NCBI GenBank assembly: GCA_030324005.1
Contig: JARDVH010000163.1
Coordinates: 100,512,035 to 100,576,034, forward strand
Direction: 5' to 3'
DNA: 64,000 nucleotides
Origin: Negaprion brevirostris
Lineage: Eukaryota
The translations under genes were made by a program, and so were the position numbers. How positions within the stretch are numbered: position 1 is the stretch's first letter; each line of letters opens with the position of its first letter. The notes beneath the pieces were generated by a model. The model was not told where the DNA came from, searched no databases, and saw only the letters and a program-made list of their open reading frames with translations. Of this stretch, positions 40,662 through 53,312 are shown piece by piece.

Positions 40662-41994
40662 TAACATTAAATGTGTCTTTAAAATATTATGTTTCAAAAT
40701 TTCTGAGTTCCCCACACAATGTCTTAACTACATTGTTCTAGTGTCAGTTGAACTTCTAGGAATTTAATAGCACCAGAATTTCTCTGGATAGCTTCCATTA
40801 GTTATGAAGCAGACAACACGCTCCTACTATTTGCAAAACTGTTGGGTGCTCCTGCAAGCCCCATCCCCAATGTATTCAGTCACCACTATCCTCCTTTAAG
40901 CATCTCAATGGCTTCCATCTGTATCTTGTCTTCAGGCGCATATCATAATAGGATTTTTATGTGGCAACTGATGAGCCTACAAAGTGGCACCATGAGTTAT
41001 ACTCATTGCAAGTATCTCCTATCAGCGAGTAGTTTTCCTGCTATTGAAGCAGAAGTACACAACTGAATGGACACAACAGAATCATGGGCATTCCTAGCAT
41101 ATTATAACTTGATGTACAGGAAGCGGTGCCCAAGTCACAGATAATTTGCATATTTAGGGAGTGGTAGTCTTTGCATTTTGTTTAATTGTAGGATTTACGT
41201 TGTAATTCTGGTGGGATAATTAAATGGTCCCCGCAATCCTGGAGAATTTGGAATTTATTTTAAAAAATTATATCATACTCCTATCATACTCATCATGTAA
41301 ACTAAGCTGCCTTGGGAACAGAGAATTGATGACTTTCCTTATGGGGAGTATATAGGAAACAGCAAAAGTAGAGTTCCTCCAGAGTTTCATGATTGAAGAC
41401 AAAAGCTCTGTTGTCAAATGTTTCAAAGCATACTTTGGTCAGTAGATTTCTGCTGGATGGCTAGTGCTAACATGTCCTGGAATCCCCTGGCATTGTCTCA
41501 TTAAAATAACTTGTCTTGTTGCTTTCTCCTTCCCTGTTCCTCAAATATGTTTATCGTGTACAGTGGGATTTCCATTAGGAACCTCATTATGCAGCTTTCA
41601 AATATTTGTTCAGTAAATTTTCTTTCGAAACAGTGTTTTTCAAGGGTAATACATAATAAATGTAGGGGGATACTTCTTGAACAGTACAGAAGTTTTCTTT
41701 TCTCCCGCCCAGTGCTTGCAGTAAATCCCAAGATATGGTCAAAAGTCTGCAATCTCAGTTCAGCAGTTTCTTCCCAATCAAACGCTTCCATCTTGGTGAG
41801 CAGATCCTGGCAAATTACACTTTTGAAATAATAAGATGTGTTCTTATGGGTGGTTGGGAAGGTGGAAGTCACTGAATTTGACATCACCTCACCCTAAGAA
41901 TGTAATTTGCATGTGGCTGCAAATTATTTGGGGAAGGTCTCCATTTCTTCATTGCCCTGAAATTCAATAATAATGTCATTCTGGATCAGAACCT

Positions 41995-42326
41995 CAGTGA
42001 TGTCTCACAGTACCAAGAACACAGTTCAATTCCGGCCTTGGGTGACTGTATGGAGTTTGCATGTTCTCCCCGTGTCTGCGTGAGTTTCCTTGGGATGCTT
42101 CGGTTTCCTCCCACAGTCCAAGGATGTGCATGTTAGGTGAATTGGCCATGTTAAATTGCCCTTTTGGTGTCCAAAGACATGTAGGTTAGGTGGATTAGCC
42201 ATGGTAAATGATGGGGTTACGGGGATAGGGTGGCGGGGGCCTGGAGAAGATGCTCTTTCAGAGAGTCGGTGCAGACTTAATAGGCTGAATAGCCTCCTTC
42301 TGCACTGTAGAGATTCTGTGGTTCTA
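41995..42326 (+). mobile_element. V-SINE (HE1-like), subfamily with an internally duplicated segment
   Basis: V domain plus two copies of ccaa.g..atgt..gttaggtg.att.gccatg.taaat. Confidence 0.9.
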
Positions 42327-42894
42327 GCTCCACAAAATTGAGTTACACATTAATGCAGGAAATTTAGGTGTGTGACACATATACTTTTAATTTTTAAAGA
42401 AATGTCAAGGAAAATTGTTGCATGTTTCAATCATGAATGTCATTAATTTTTCTTATCAAAACATATTAGAGATGTTTGGAAACTGATTTTATATGGAGTT
42501 GGTAAAAATCTCTTTGATTATGGGATAATGTATTGCTAAATTCCTATTGATTAAGAATCAAGCAGTAATATTGAAGAACCAACTAGATAGCCTTGGCCTA
42601 TTTTAAATTTATGGGTCAAGTTGCAATTTACTTCAGATACAACATTCTTCATTGAACATTATTCATATTTACAAGTTAATAGAGCTCTGTAACCTCACAG
42701 ACCTCATTTTTATAATTTTAACCTTGCATAAACAAGCATACAAAAATAAATAATTCCTTCCTCCACTACTATGATCTTTCCAAATGATGCGATCTTTCCA
42801 AACAAATTCTAAGTGTTGAATGAGCAAGAAAACGGGAGAGAATTTTATCAACGAGTCTCAAATCACAATCTTACAGCACTCAATGCAAAATAAG

Positions 42895-43550
42895 AGCCCG
42901 GGTGCGATTCAAGTGAGTGGTTGGGGGTGGGGGTGCCTAAGCTCACCCATGAAGCCGGCTGCAGTGCTTGGGGCACCCGATCTCCTAGTCCACTGGGAGA
43001 CTATATGCCAACCTCCCCTATCTCCAACATCAGCTTCCACCCTCTGCAAATCGCTCCCTGTGCCAGTCCCCTGCCACCGCCGCCACTGATCACCACCCCT
43101 GCAGAGCTGTACTCTTCCCTTGCAGATCTCCCTCCCCTCACCCCTGAGGAGATCCCCTCTTAATGCCTCACCCCCACTCATGCCTAATGGGCAGTGCTGA
43201 GGCGCCCAGTGGGCACTATCCGGCCTTGTCCTGACCAACCATGGGCATCCGTGGTCTCTGATTTCCCCCAGTATGGCTATCATGCTTGGTACCTTTTGGT
43301 GGGGACCATGAGTGATTCTAGAAGCTGAGGAGGAGAGATTCTGGGAGACTGGAAATGGCTGTCATGGCCCAGTTAATGTCATTTAAATGATGACATTAAT
43401 ATTTAAATCGACTTGGTGCTGGCAAAACAGGGCCAGGAAAATGGCTTTTGGCATGGGACTGCTTCATGTCCAGTGCAGAATCCTCGCATGCTATCTTCCT
43501 GGCTCACTGTGCCAGTCGATGGGCAATAGGCCCAAAAGATCATATCCCAC
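42895..43550. mobile_element. GC-rich non-autonomous DNA transposon (MITE-like)
   Basis: Starts gggtgcgattc and ends gatcatatccc (degenerate inverted termini); gggcagtgc/gggcact motif repeats. Confidence 0.55.
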
Positions 43551-43598
43551 AAGTCAATTCAGTACGCTGCTTCTGATCTTGTTCAGAAGCAATGTCCG

Positions 43599-43690
43599 GT
43601 AAGAAGTCTGACAACACCAGGTTAAAGTCCAACAAATTTATTTGGCAGCACTAGATTTCAGAGCCTCAAGCTCCTTCATTAGATGAGTGC
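43599..43690 (-). mobile_element. Penelope-type terminal fragment with a degenerate minimal hammerhead ribozyme
   Basis: Minus strand reads cat CTAATGA aggagc ttgag gctct GAAA tcta gtg...aataaatttgttggactttaacctggtgttgt. Confidence 0.75.
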
Positions 43691-43796
43691 TCATCAGAAG
43701 CAATGTAGTAAGCTAGACTGAATTAAAAGGGGTTTTACTATTGGGCACAACATTTCTTTTTAACTTCACTTTGATTATCGTATGGTCAATTTTCAG

Positions 43797-43934
43797 GTTC
43801 GGTACTGCAACTCACTTGATGAAGAAGAAAAGAAAGAACTGCGTCTCTTCAGTACTCAAAGAAAAAGAGAAAATTTGGGAAGAGGCACAATTAGACCTTT
43901 CCCTATAACCATGACTGGTGCAATTTGTGAACAG
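43797..43934 (+). CDS. PRICKLE2: PRICKLE2 exon, end of PET domain and first residues of LIM1
   Basis: tttcag|GTT...CAG|gtaaac; 138 nt; [46 protein letters not shown]. Confidence 0.97.
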
Positions 43935-46074
43935 GTAAACATTTATATTTGAAATGGAGCTCATGCTTAGTAAACCTTAAAATTAAAGTTGTAGTTGATA
44001 CCATTTCATTTTTCTGTTTTTAATAAATATGTTGGGAGGAGACTTGTGGAGTGTAAACATCTAGATAGACATTTTGGACCGAAGAACCTGTTTCTGTGCT
44101 GCATATTTGATGTAAACGTCATTTTAAAAATACACGATTTTTTAAACTTTTATAATAACTTTTGACAGCATTGTAATATTTTGGTCCTTTTCTTCCTCTC
44201 TATCCTGAAGATATTGATTATTGATCAGGGTACAGCACCACTAGCACTGAGAATCAATTAGAAAATCATTTTCATACCTCCTATCTCTGTTCAATACTCT
44301 TATGACAAAGCGGCTAAGATAAGAAACTCAGCAGCATGTTGAACTGAGACGAGCGTTATATTGNNNNNNNNNNNNNNNNNNNNNNNNNNNNNNNNNNTGA
44401 AGTCACTATAAGGAGTGTAACCAAGGTAAAAATTAATGAATCTGTGAGGGGATAGAAGCAGGGGCTATTGCCTTAAAGAAAATGTTTGTAGGCATTACAA
44501 TGTAGGGCATGTGAGTGTTTTCTTAGCTTTTACCTGTTTCTGAGATTTAGTGATGCTCAAAATAAAAGATTGATTTTCTTGGAATTCACCGAGCCTTTTC
44601 TTCCTGGCATTTTTATGCTAAAACTGAAAAGAAGCCAAAAACTCTTGCGTTTTAAATTAACATTAAAACTGACTTTTGAAGTTCTACGTTCAGACCTGAT
44701 TTTACCATGTACAGTTAAACACTAGCTTCTAAATTACTAAAGAAACTTGTGGAACTTTTCCTCAATTGGTTAAATAAGTTGGGTACAATCCACGATAGAG
44801 CATCTTATATGCTGCCTGTGCAAGGTCATGTGGCAAATCATTTTTTTTCTCGATCTTCTGAGTATTCTTTGTATATTTAATTCTTATTGAATTGACCAAT
44901 ATTTGGAGATTATCCATGAGCCAAGCATTATTACCATAGCCTAATAATTTAAGTATAGCAAAATTGCAAAGCTCTAGACCAACCTGAAGATATAGACTTC
45001 TCCAATATATTTCAGTCAATGGAAAGCAGATCCCAATACACAAAGCTTCTATTCAGCCTCCTTCCAATGTCCCTTTCTTCTTAAAAGTTGCTTAATTCTT
45101 GTGAATATTTCATGGCTTTTGCTATATTTTTGTAAAATTAATTTTGTCTCCAAACAGTTAAAATGATGACAAAGAATGAGATGTTTGCATATGAGAGTAG
45201 TCATGATCAAATTGGGAACATTCTAGCCTCCCAGCCTTGTGGGATGATAAATAATTCCACTTATACATGGAGATTCAATGTCTGCTAATGATTAGGAAGT
45301 CCATACCTATGGATGGTATCATATCATTTAATTGCCATATACAAGAAAAGAAGGAAGGTCTTTCTGATTCCCTGTGATGTTTTGATCCCTCTGGGGTCTA
45401 TTAGCCATGTAATCACATTTAGTGGCATTGATCCCAACAAACAGGAAGCCTGTGACCAAATTATAATACTTTTGCTCATCTCCCCATTGATATCTCTGGG
45501 CTAGGAGTGACTCAGTTGTAAGTCATTGTTCATAAATATGGAAGTTCAAGTTTTATTGTTCAGTATTTATTTCAAGATTAGCTTAGTTTAAAGGACAAGT
45601 ATAGAGTCAATACCAAGGAAAAGGCTAGAATAAAACCTTGAAAATATGCTTGGGAGATGGCCTCATGACAGATCATTCCAAACAAAAGGATTTGTCGAAG
45701 AGACTAAAAATATTCAGGAGCTAATGAGCTGTCCTCACTGTCTGCTCTATTTCACTGGCATAAAAATGATGCATAATTAATTTTAGTTAGCAGTGCATTT
45801 ATGACAAAGGCCATAACTAAGACTGTCAGCAACAAAAACACATGTATGAGTTATTATCATAACCAATAAATCACAAATCCATCTCAACAATTGGGAATGT
45901 TACTTTTTAAAGGAAAAAGGCACCCAACCAGATTATATTTACTAAAATGAGTGGCACTTACCAAGGTTGACCACTGGCCACTTCACTTCATTTTTTTTGT
46001 TCATTTGCTGAGATTTATTAGATACTTCTCTAAATGTCGAATATACCTAAAATTAATTTTTAATTTTAAATCAG

Positions 46075-46278
46075 TGCGGAGGACAGATCAATGGAGGAGA
46101 CATTGCTGTATTTGCGTCACGGGCAGGCCATGGAGTTTGCTGGCATCCTCGATGTTTTGTCTGTGCCACTTGCAATGAATTATTGGTGGATCTGATTTAT
46201 TTTTATCAAAATGGGAAGATATACTGTGGAAGACACCATGCTGAACGTCTGAAACCCAGATGTGCAGCATGTGATGAG
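46075..46278 (+). CDS. PRICKLE2: PRICKLE2 exon, LIM1 and start of LIM2
   Basis: aatcag|TGC...GAG|gtgagt; 204 nt; [68 protein letters not shown]. Confidence 0.97.
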
Positions 46279-48192
46279 GTGAGTTTACAAAAGCATGGTC
46301 CATGTTTTAGTTTCTGAAAATAGAGAACGTTAGATTAAAACAAAATAAAACTTTAAATTTAAATATGATTGCATGAATACTATGAAGTTGACATGTTTAA
46401 CCTTTCTTGTAATTAACAATTACAGGAGAAAATGTCATGCCTTTTCCTGTCCTGTACAACTTCAGAATTCCATTTCTCAAAAGATGTGGCAATTAAGTGA
46501 ACAGTGTGTCAAAAGGATTTTATTTCTCAACTTGTAACTTTTTGCAAGTTATATAATATTAAGCTTTTAGCACTTGCTTGACTATGTTTGGTTTCTTCTT
46601 TGGGCATTTGCTATATCTAGAAGTATGTTTTGCATGAATAAAATTGTTACTTCATTGCTGCATTCAGTAAAATTCAGTGTTATGGATATTTCACAATTAT
46701 GGCCACTTGCCTATTGCTTTTAATTAGAACAAATATCCCAGATTGCAATCAGGAACACTATCAAAAATTGACCACTGAGACCAAAAAAAGATAATAGGAA
46801 GAATGTTCAAAAGACAGGTCAGAAAAATGGATTTGAAGTGGCAAGGCTAGGAAGAAAATTGTAGAGTATGGGGCAGTGATCCCTCTTGATTATATGGGTG
46901 CATAGTCATGGAACAATCTGAAATTTGCCGTGCCATGTAACAAACTGTATACAACAAATAAAAATCAGAAAGGATGTTGGTCTGGAGCCTACATAGCCAA
47001 AGTGGTGGGGTAAAAGGATGCGATTGCACAGTTAGAGGAACAGGGAGTTCAAACCCAAAGTTGCGATCTAACCTATTTCCTCATTTTCTGTATCCTTCAT
47101 AGCCTCATAAATAGAGTTTTTTCCACTTGCTGGAAAAGAATTTTAAACTTGGAGATGAAATTTATTTTTGGTATGTACACAGTGTGCACGTGTGAGCATG
47201 AGCAGTGTGTACAACAGGCAGCTGATACCCTCCTGCTTGCTCTTTTTTGCTCTCATCAAAATTAAATTTTACCCCAGGGAATCTGGTTCTGTCACGCACC
47301 CGTCCCAAGTATAATGGGCTACATTTACCTGCAAATAGAAGCCAGAATTACAATAATTCTTTAAAAATCTGCAATAATACACAGGTATCAGCTTGTAGAC
47401 ATAGTGGATATGATTGCACTTGCATGAATTTAAGCCACATTTCATGGGAGGCTGGTTTTCAACTGAATGCATATAAAGGTGTGAGTGAAGAAACATTTTC
47501 AAGAACAGGGTGGGAATACATGGGGCCCTTCACTGCAATGTGGGCATTTCTTGTAAGATGTGAAAGTACTGTAAGACAATGTGGGAGGAGACTAATGTTA
47601 AGTCGTTTCCTTGCTTTGTATACTACTTTAATGGAAGATCACAGTAAATTACCTTACCTTAACAGACCTCATTAGATCGTTAAAATTTTTCCTATGTTAT
47701 ATCTATACATGCAAGGTTATGAAGGAGATATTAACATTTGCAACTAGCTTCTTCCATTAACTCAGTCTGTACTTAATTGGAAATCAAGAAGTCTATGTGA
47801 CAAAGTATAGCTTCTTTATCTGTTTGCCTTCCTTAGAAACATGATCTCCAGCTATATCAGAAACCAGGCCTCTCTGTAACCTTCTCATTTCTGGTGCACA
47901 TTCCTTTTGTCTCACAAGTTTGTTGCTTAAATTTTCAAGAAACTAAATGCCTATAAAACTGGCAGCAATTGACAATTTCCTATTCACAGTAATCAATCTC
48001 CCAATGAGGAATCTTCTCCATAACTGGCAGGTGACCATTATGTTCAGGTTAGTGCTCTTTGAAAATTTGCATTTAATCAGGGCACTCCTATTTAAGTGGA
48101 TGCAGTGCACCTTTCATTACTAATGGCCAGAATTCTCCAGCCACCACTGCCAGTGAGAACGGAGAATTTGGCGCTCAGGCAAATCTCCATTC

Positions 48193-48270
48193 ATAAGAAC
48201 ATAAGAACATGAGAAATAGGAGCAGGAGTAGGCCATCTAGCCCTTCGAGCCTGCCCCGCCATTCAATAAG
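48193..48270 (-). mobile_element. CR1 LINE 3' tail running into a gap, inserted in a small MITE (48124-48192)
   Basis: cataagaacataagaac...aggagcaggagtaggcc; same family as the element at 28880. Confidence 0.8.
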
Positions 48271-48832
48271 NNNNNNNNNNNNNNNNNNNNNNNNNNNNNN
48301 NNNNNNNNNNNNNNNNNNNNNNNNNNNNNNNNNNNNNNNNNNNNNNNNNNNNNNNNNNNNNNNNNNNNNNNNNNNNNNNNNNNNNNNNNNNNNNNNNNNN
48401 NNNNNNNNNNNNNNNNNNNNNNNNNNNNNNNNNNNNNNNNNNNNNNNNNNNNNNNNNNNNNNNNNNNNNNNNNNNNNNNNNNNNNNNNNNNNNNNNNNNN
48501 NNNNNNNNNNNNNNNNNNNNNNNNNNNNNNNNNNNNNNNNNNNNNNNNNNNNNNNNNNNNNNNNNNNNNNNNNNNNNNNNNNNNNNNNNNNNNNNNNNNN
48601 NNNNNNNNNNNNNNNNNNNNNNNNNNNNNNNNNNNNNNNNNNNNNNNNNNNNNNNNNNNNNNNNGATTATTGGGAAGAAAATTACCTTAATTTGTTGCTC
48701 ATTCCCAATTTTTAGCTCAAAATTCCATAAAAGTTAAAGGTTTATAAATCTTGTGTTGATCCTCCCCAACTGTCAAGCAGTGCAGGATTTGGCCACTCAT
48801 CAGGCTCTATTAAAAAAAATATTTTTTCATAG

Positions 48833-49027
<195 letters not shown>

Positions 49028-49156
49028 TAACATGCTTGACAAAATAATAAATGCTGGTATGTTTTGTGTTTTCACCAGACTTATTTTGAATATTAAGTCA
49101 TAAAACTTTGTAAACAGAATATGACAAGTGGTGCTATCGTGTTGCTGATTTTTTTG

Positions 49157-49437
49157 AATCATAGAATCCCTACAATGGTAGAAGAGGCCATTTGGCACAT
49201 CAAGTCTACACCGACTCACCGACAGAGTATCTTACCAGGCCCTCTCCTCCACCTTGTCCCTATAACCCTGTAAATTTATCATGGCTAATCCATCTTAACC
49301 TACATGTTTTTGGACAATAAGGAGCAATTTCGCATGATCAGTCCACCTAACCTGCACATCTTTGGACTTTGGGAGGAAACTGGAACACCTGGAGGAAACA
49401 CACACAGACACCGGGAGAATGTGCAAACTCCACACAG
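49157..49437 (-). mobile_element. V-SINE (HE1-like), same subfamily as 41995-42326
   Basis: Reverse complement carries the V domain, the duplicated segment and the aagat.ctct.tc.g.gagtcggtg.agact tail. Confidence 0.9.
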
Positions 49438-49899
49438 GAGTTGAACAATTCTAAAGTAATGCCTCTGAGTACACCCACCTCGTAGGCCTACTCATTTTTT
49501 TTGTTTAAAGTATTCATCTAATTTTCCTTACAAGAAGCATTGGTCTCTGCCTCTTCATGGGAAAACACTGCATACTCCAAAAACCCTTTGTAATTAACTT
49601 TCTCCTGCAATTTCCTAGTAACAATTTTAAACTGTTAATTCCAATTCGCCAATTCTTTAGCTGGAGAAAATAGTTTTTCCTTATTTATTCCATCAAACTC
49701 GTCATAATTTTTTAAAGTTGAATCTGCTTTTGGCCTCTTCTTCTCCAGTGGAAATAGTCTCAGTCTGACAAACCTAGTGACCAATCCCTATATCATTTTG
49801 GTGACTCTTTGCTGGATGTTTTCCATTGTTTTCAAGTCATTTTTCTAATAGCTACAAAGCCACATACAGCATTCTAACTTCACGTATACAGTGTTTTTC

Positions 49900-50435
49900 T
49901 CATGTATGTCCAATTTATTAAATCCAAGTCCCTATTGACCTGCTCACATTCTATCCTCTGTGAACTTGAGGTCATCCAAAACACTGCTGCCCATGTCTTA
50001 ACTTGCAGCAAGTCCCATTCCCTATCACTAGTGTGCTCACTGACCTACGTTTGCTTTGGGTCAAGCAACATCGTGATATCAGAATTCGTATCCTTGTTTT
50101 CAAATGCCTCCAAGGCCTCACCCCTCCCTATCTTTATAATCTCCTCCAGTCAGAAATACCTGAACTCCTCTAATATTGGCCTCTTTTGCATCTGCATTTG
50201 GAATTTCTCCATCACTGGTGGACATGCCTTCAGTAACCCCACCTCTGGAATTCCCTCCCTGTACCTCTCCACCTCACTTTCCTCCTTTAAGACTGTCCTT
50301 AACACTACATCTTTGACTAAACTTTTGATCAACTGACCTAATAGCTCCTTACGTTGGTTGATGTCATACTTTTTTTCATATTACTTCTGTAAAACATCTT
50401 GGGATGTTTCATTACATTAAAGGCATTATATGAAT
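49900..50435 (+). mobile_element. L2-like LINE 3' end
   Basis: ELEVIQNTAAHVLT and gggatgttt.attacattaaaggc..tatatgaat are L2-type 3' motifs. Confidence 0.75.
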
Positions 50436-51249
50436 ATATGGCCTCATATATTTGCATTTGCACCTACCTTTGTCCTTTTTCACCCAAATCCTTAATTTTG
50501 ATTCTTCGTTGCCCTTTACTATTCTTATGGAGAGCTTAGTTATATTGTAGTCACTCTTTACTATTTTTCTCCAATTTCGACTTTTGTTTTTGCATCACTT
50601 CATTTCTCATAGTTGTTTTAATGTACTGCAAGAAAAATCAAACAGACTTAACTCAATATATTTTAATGCCATTCACCTCTGGAAAGTAGTTATTTAATTT
50701 TAGTGCTTTCTGGGTGCAGACAGCATTATGGAGGCCTGATGCCATGCTATTCTGAAGCAGCTTGAATGTGTATTGTTCTCTTGAGAAGGGCAGCCATACA
50801 GGCAGACCAATGTGCACTGCAAACCTGTGAAGGAGTGCTATCCTGATGTCACACAGTTTAACTAGCTGATGTGATGCCAGGATATCTCTTGTGGACCTCA
50901 CAGGTCTTGGTCAATTAATTTATGTGTCACTGCAAACATCAAGCACCAAGTTGCAAGATGGGCCCCGCAGTAGTGTTTCTTAAAAGGCCATGCACCTAAA
51001 TTGCAGGTAAGGTCATTTTGAATAACTTCTGCAATTTCAAATTCTCTGGAAGTACTCTGGAGTGTTTTGAGGCGTTGTGGTGAGTTCCTGGATTTACCAG
51101 AATGTTGCTTCATCCTGACAGGAAGAGCAGGGGATTTAGTGCCCTGTCCACACAAAGGCTATAATAGGAATGGCAGCAGTAGTGAGGGTGCATCTGAGCC
51201 TGCAGCATGGTAGGTAGGTGGAGTAGAGGCTGTGGAGAGAGCAAGGGCT

Positions 51250-53312
51250 TCTGCAATATACAATCTTCAAATTTGGAGCCAGATTCCAAACTCCTTGGCA
51301 GTAACAGGAGATGGGGTCATAATAAGGTCAACCAAATCATTAATGGATTTTCGAAGGATTCCTCCCCCTCTTTTGCTTCTCTTCTGGCCGTTCAATGCAC
51401 TTATGAAGTTCATGTCCATCAGCACTTTCCTGCATGGTGTCCCATCAAAGTCCTCATCTGAGTTTTCAGCAGCAGAACCCATCTGCGACCTCGCCTCTAG
51501 TGAATTGCAATACAAATCACTCTTTCCGCCTTGCCTGGTGCACCCCATTCAAGACTGGTTGATTCACCCCATGCTGATCCCAATTCCATGCTAGCCTCAA
51601 TATCTAAGCTGATGGCTTGTGATTGTCAAAATAAGTAATGAGGACTCTTCATCAATGCCAAGCAGCTGCTTTCTCCTTNNNNNNNNNNNNNNNNNNNNNN
51701 NNNNNNNNNNNNNNNNNNNNNNNNNNNNNNNNNNNNNNNNNNNNNNNNNNNNNNNNNNNNNNNNNNNNNNNNNNNNNNATGCCAAGCAGCTGCTTTCTCC
51801 TTCATTTGACTACTATAGCTGAGCAAGTGACAATTCTTTGGTGTCAGGGAATGGGGGTGAAGTGGAAAGAAAGAAGCACATGGCCACACCAGCAGCAGCT
51901 TGTTCATGATTCCAGGTAGCAGGACCACAGTATGCCGAAAGGACATGTTTTCATCCTCAATGTTCTTGGTGACATTGGATGCCAAAAACCTTTGCCAGAA
52001 CTCTGCCACCTCGCCCATCACGGAATCGGAGTGGGTGAGAAGCTGACAACGGAAATGTCCATTGACCTCAGTGGTAATTTCCAGTCTCGCTGGAGAGAGG
52101 CTGCAAAATCCCATTCCTTGTCTCAGCCAGCCTCATGATGCCAGGAGCCATCTGCAAGGCTTAGGAGATGTAACCAACCTTGTCCTGTAATGATTCTTCT
52201 CTGCCCCTTCTATTTTGCACCACATTGACTTGCTTGAAAGAGGACAGAGATGTAAGAGATTGTGTTTCAGTGTATTGGGTAATGTACCTGCCATACCTGA
52301 ATAGCTGGAGGTATGTGGATGCTGGGTGTGAGACTGGAACCATTGGTAGTTTTATTTATTAGTCACAAGTAAGCTTACATTAACACTGCAATTAAGTTAC
52401 TGTGAAAATCCCCTGGTCACCACCCTCCAGCACTTGTTCAGGTACACTGAAAGAGAATTTAGCTTGGCCAGTGCACCTAACCAGCACATTTTTCGGACTG
52501 TGGGAGGAAACGGGAGCACAGAGAGGAAACCCATGCAGACACTGGGAGAATGTGCAGACTCCACACAGACAGTGACCCAAGCTGGGAGTCGAACCCAGTC
52601 CCTGGCACTGTGAGGCAATAGTGCTAGCCATTGTGCTGCTGAGTTGGCAGCATATCAGGAAGTTAGGAACGACTTCAATGCCAGAGGGAGCTGATGGGCA
52701 TGTTGAACTTGTGATTTATTCAGTAGAATGAGGGATTGATTAGTATTTGGCACATTGGTATTGATATCATACAAGGATGCCATCCCTACCCCTGGCCACC
52801 TGAGTAAGGTCATTACACTTCTTCTGGCATTGGTGTCAGGTGCTGGTGGCACATCCCTGGCCACCTGCTCCCAATTCTTTCTGAGTGGGATTCTGGAGGA
52901 TCTGCTGGTCCCCCACACAACCATGGCATCTCGCTGTCTGCCTACTCCCACCAATAATGCATCCAGTACTGCAACTATTAGTCTCTGATCTCTACTAACC
53001 TAGTGTTGCAATTTCCATGCTTTTAATTACAGCAACATTATTCACCGCATCTTCCCTTTAAGAAGGAAAGACTGCTTTCAGGAAGAGCAGGCTGGATGCA
53101 TCATGTGCTATGAGCAGAATACTGATTGCCCCCAACTGAACATAGTAGTAGCTGGTAATACTATGAGGCAGCAAGCAGTGAGGGAAAGCACTTAATTCAT
53201 GCTACAATCATGGTAATGACATAGCAGCATCAAATTTGCACCTCCCACAGAGCCAGTGACAAACTGTGACCCAAACCAGGCCCAAAAAATTGGGCAAACA
53301 CATTTCTAGCCC
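51250..53312 (-). mobile_element. Harbinger Myb/SANT-like gene remnant (second element)
   Basis: Minus strand reads RQRDAM.....RSSRIPLRKNWEQVARDV then CQKKCNDLTQVAR (frameshifted SANT helix 3), and downstream ENSDEDFDG..CRKVLMDM; terminus tttctagccc at about 53303. Confidence 0.65.
52346..52638 (-). mobile_element. V-SINE variant with a different 3' tail
   Basis: V domain present; tail ggggattttcacagtaacttaattgcagtgttaatgtaagcttacttgtgactaataaataaa. Confidence 0.88.

Noticed and set aside
51654-51802. Perfect 24-bp direct repeat atgccaagcagctgctttctcctt flanking a 100-N gap
   Set aside because: Most likely overlapping contig ends or the target duplication of an unassembled insertion; not a CRISPR repeat or att site, and not resolvable without reads.
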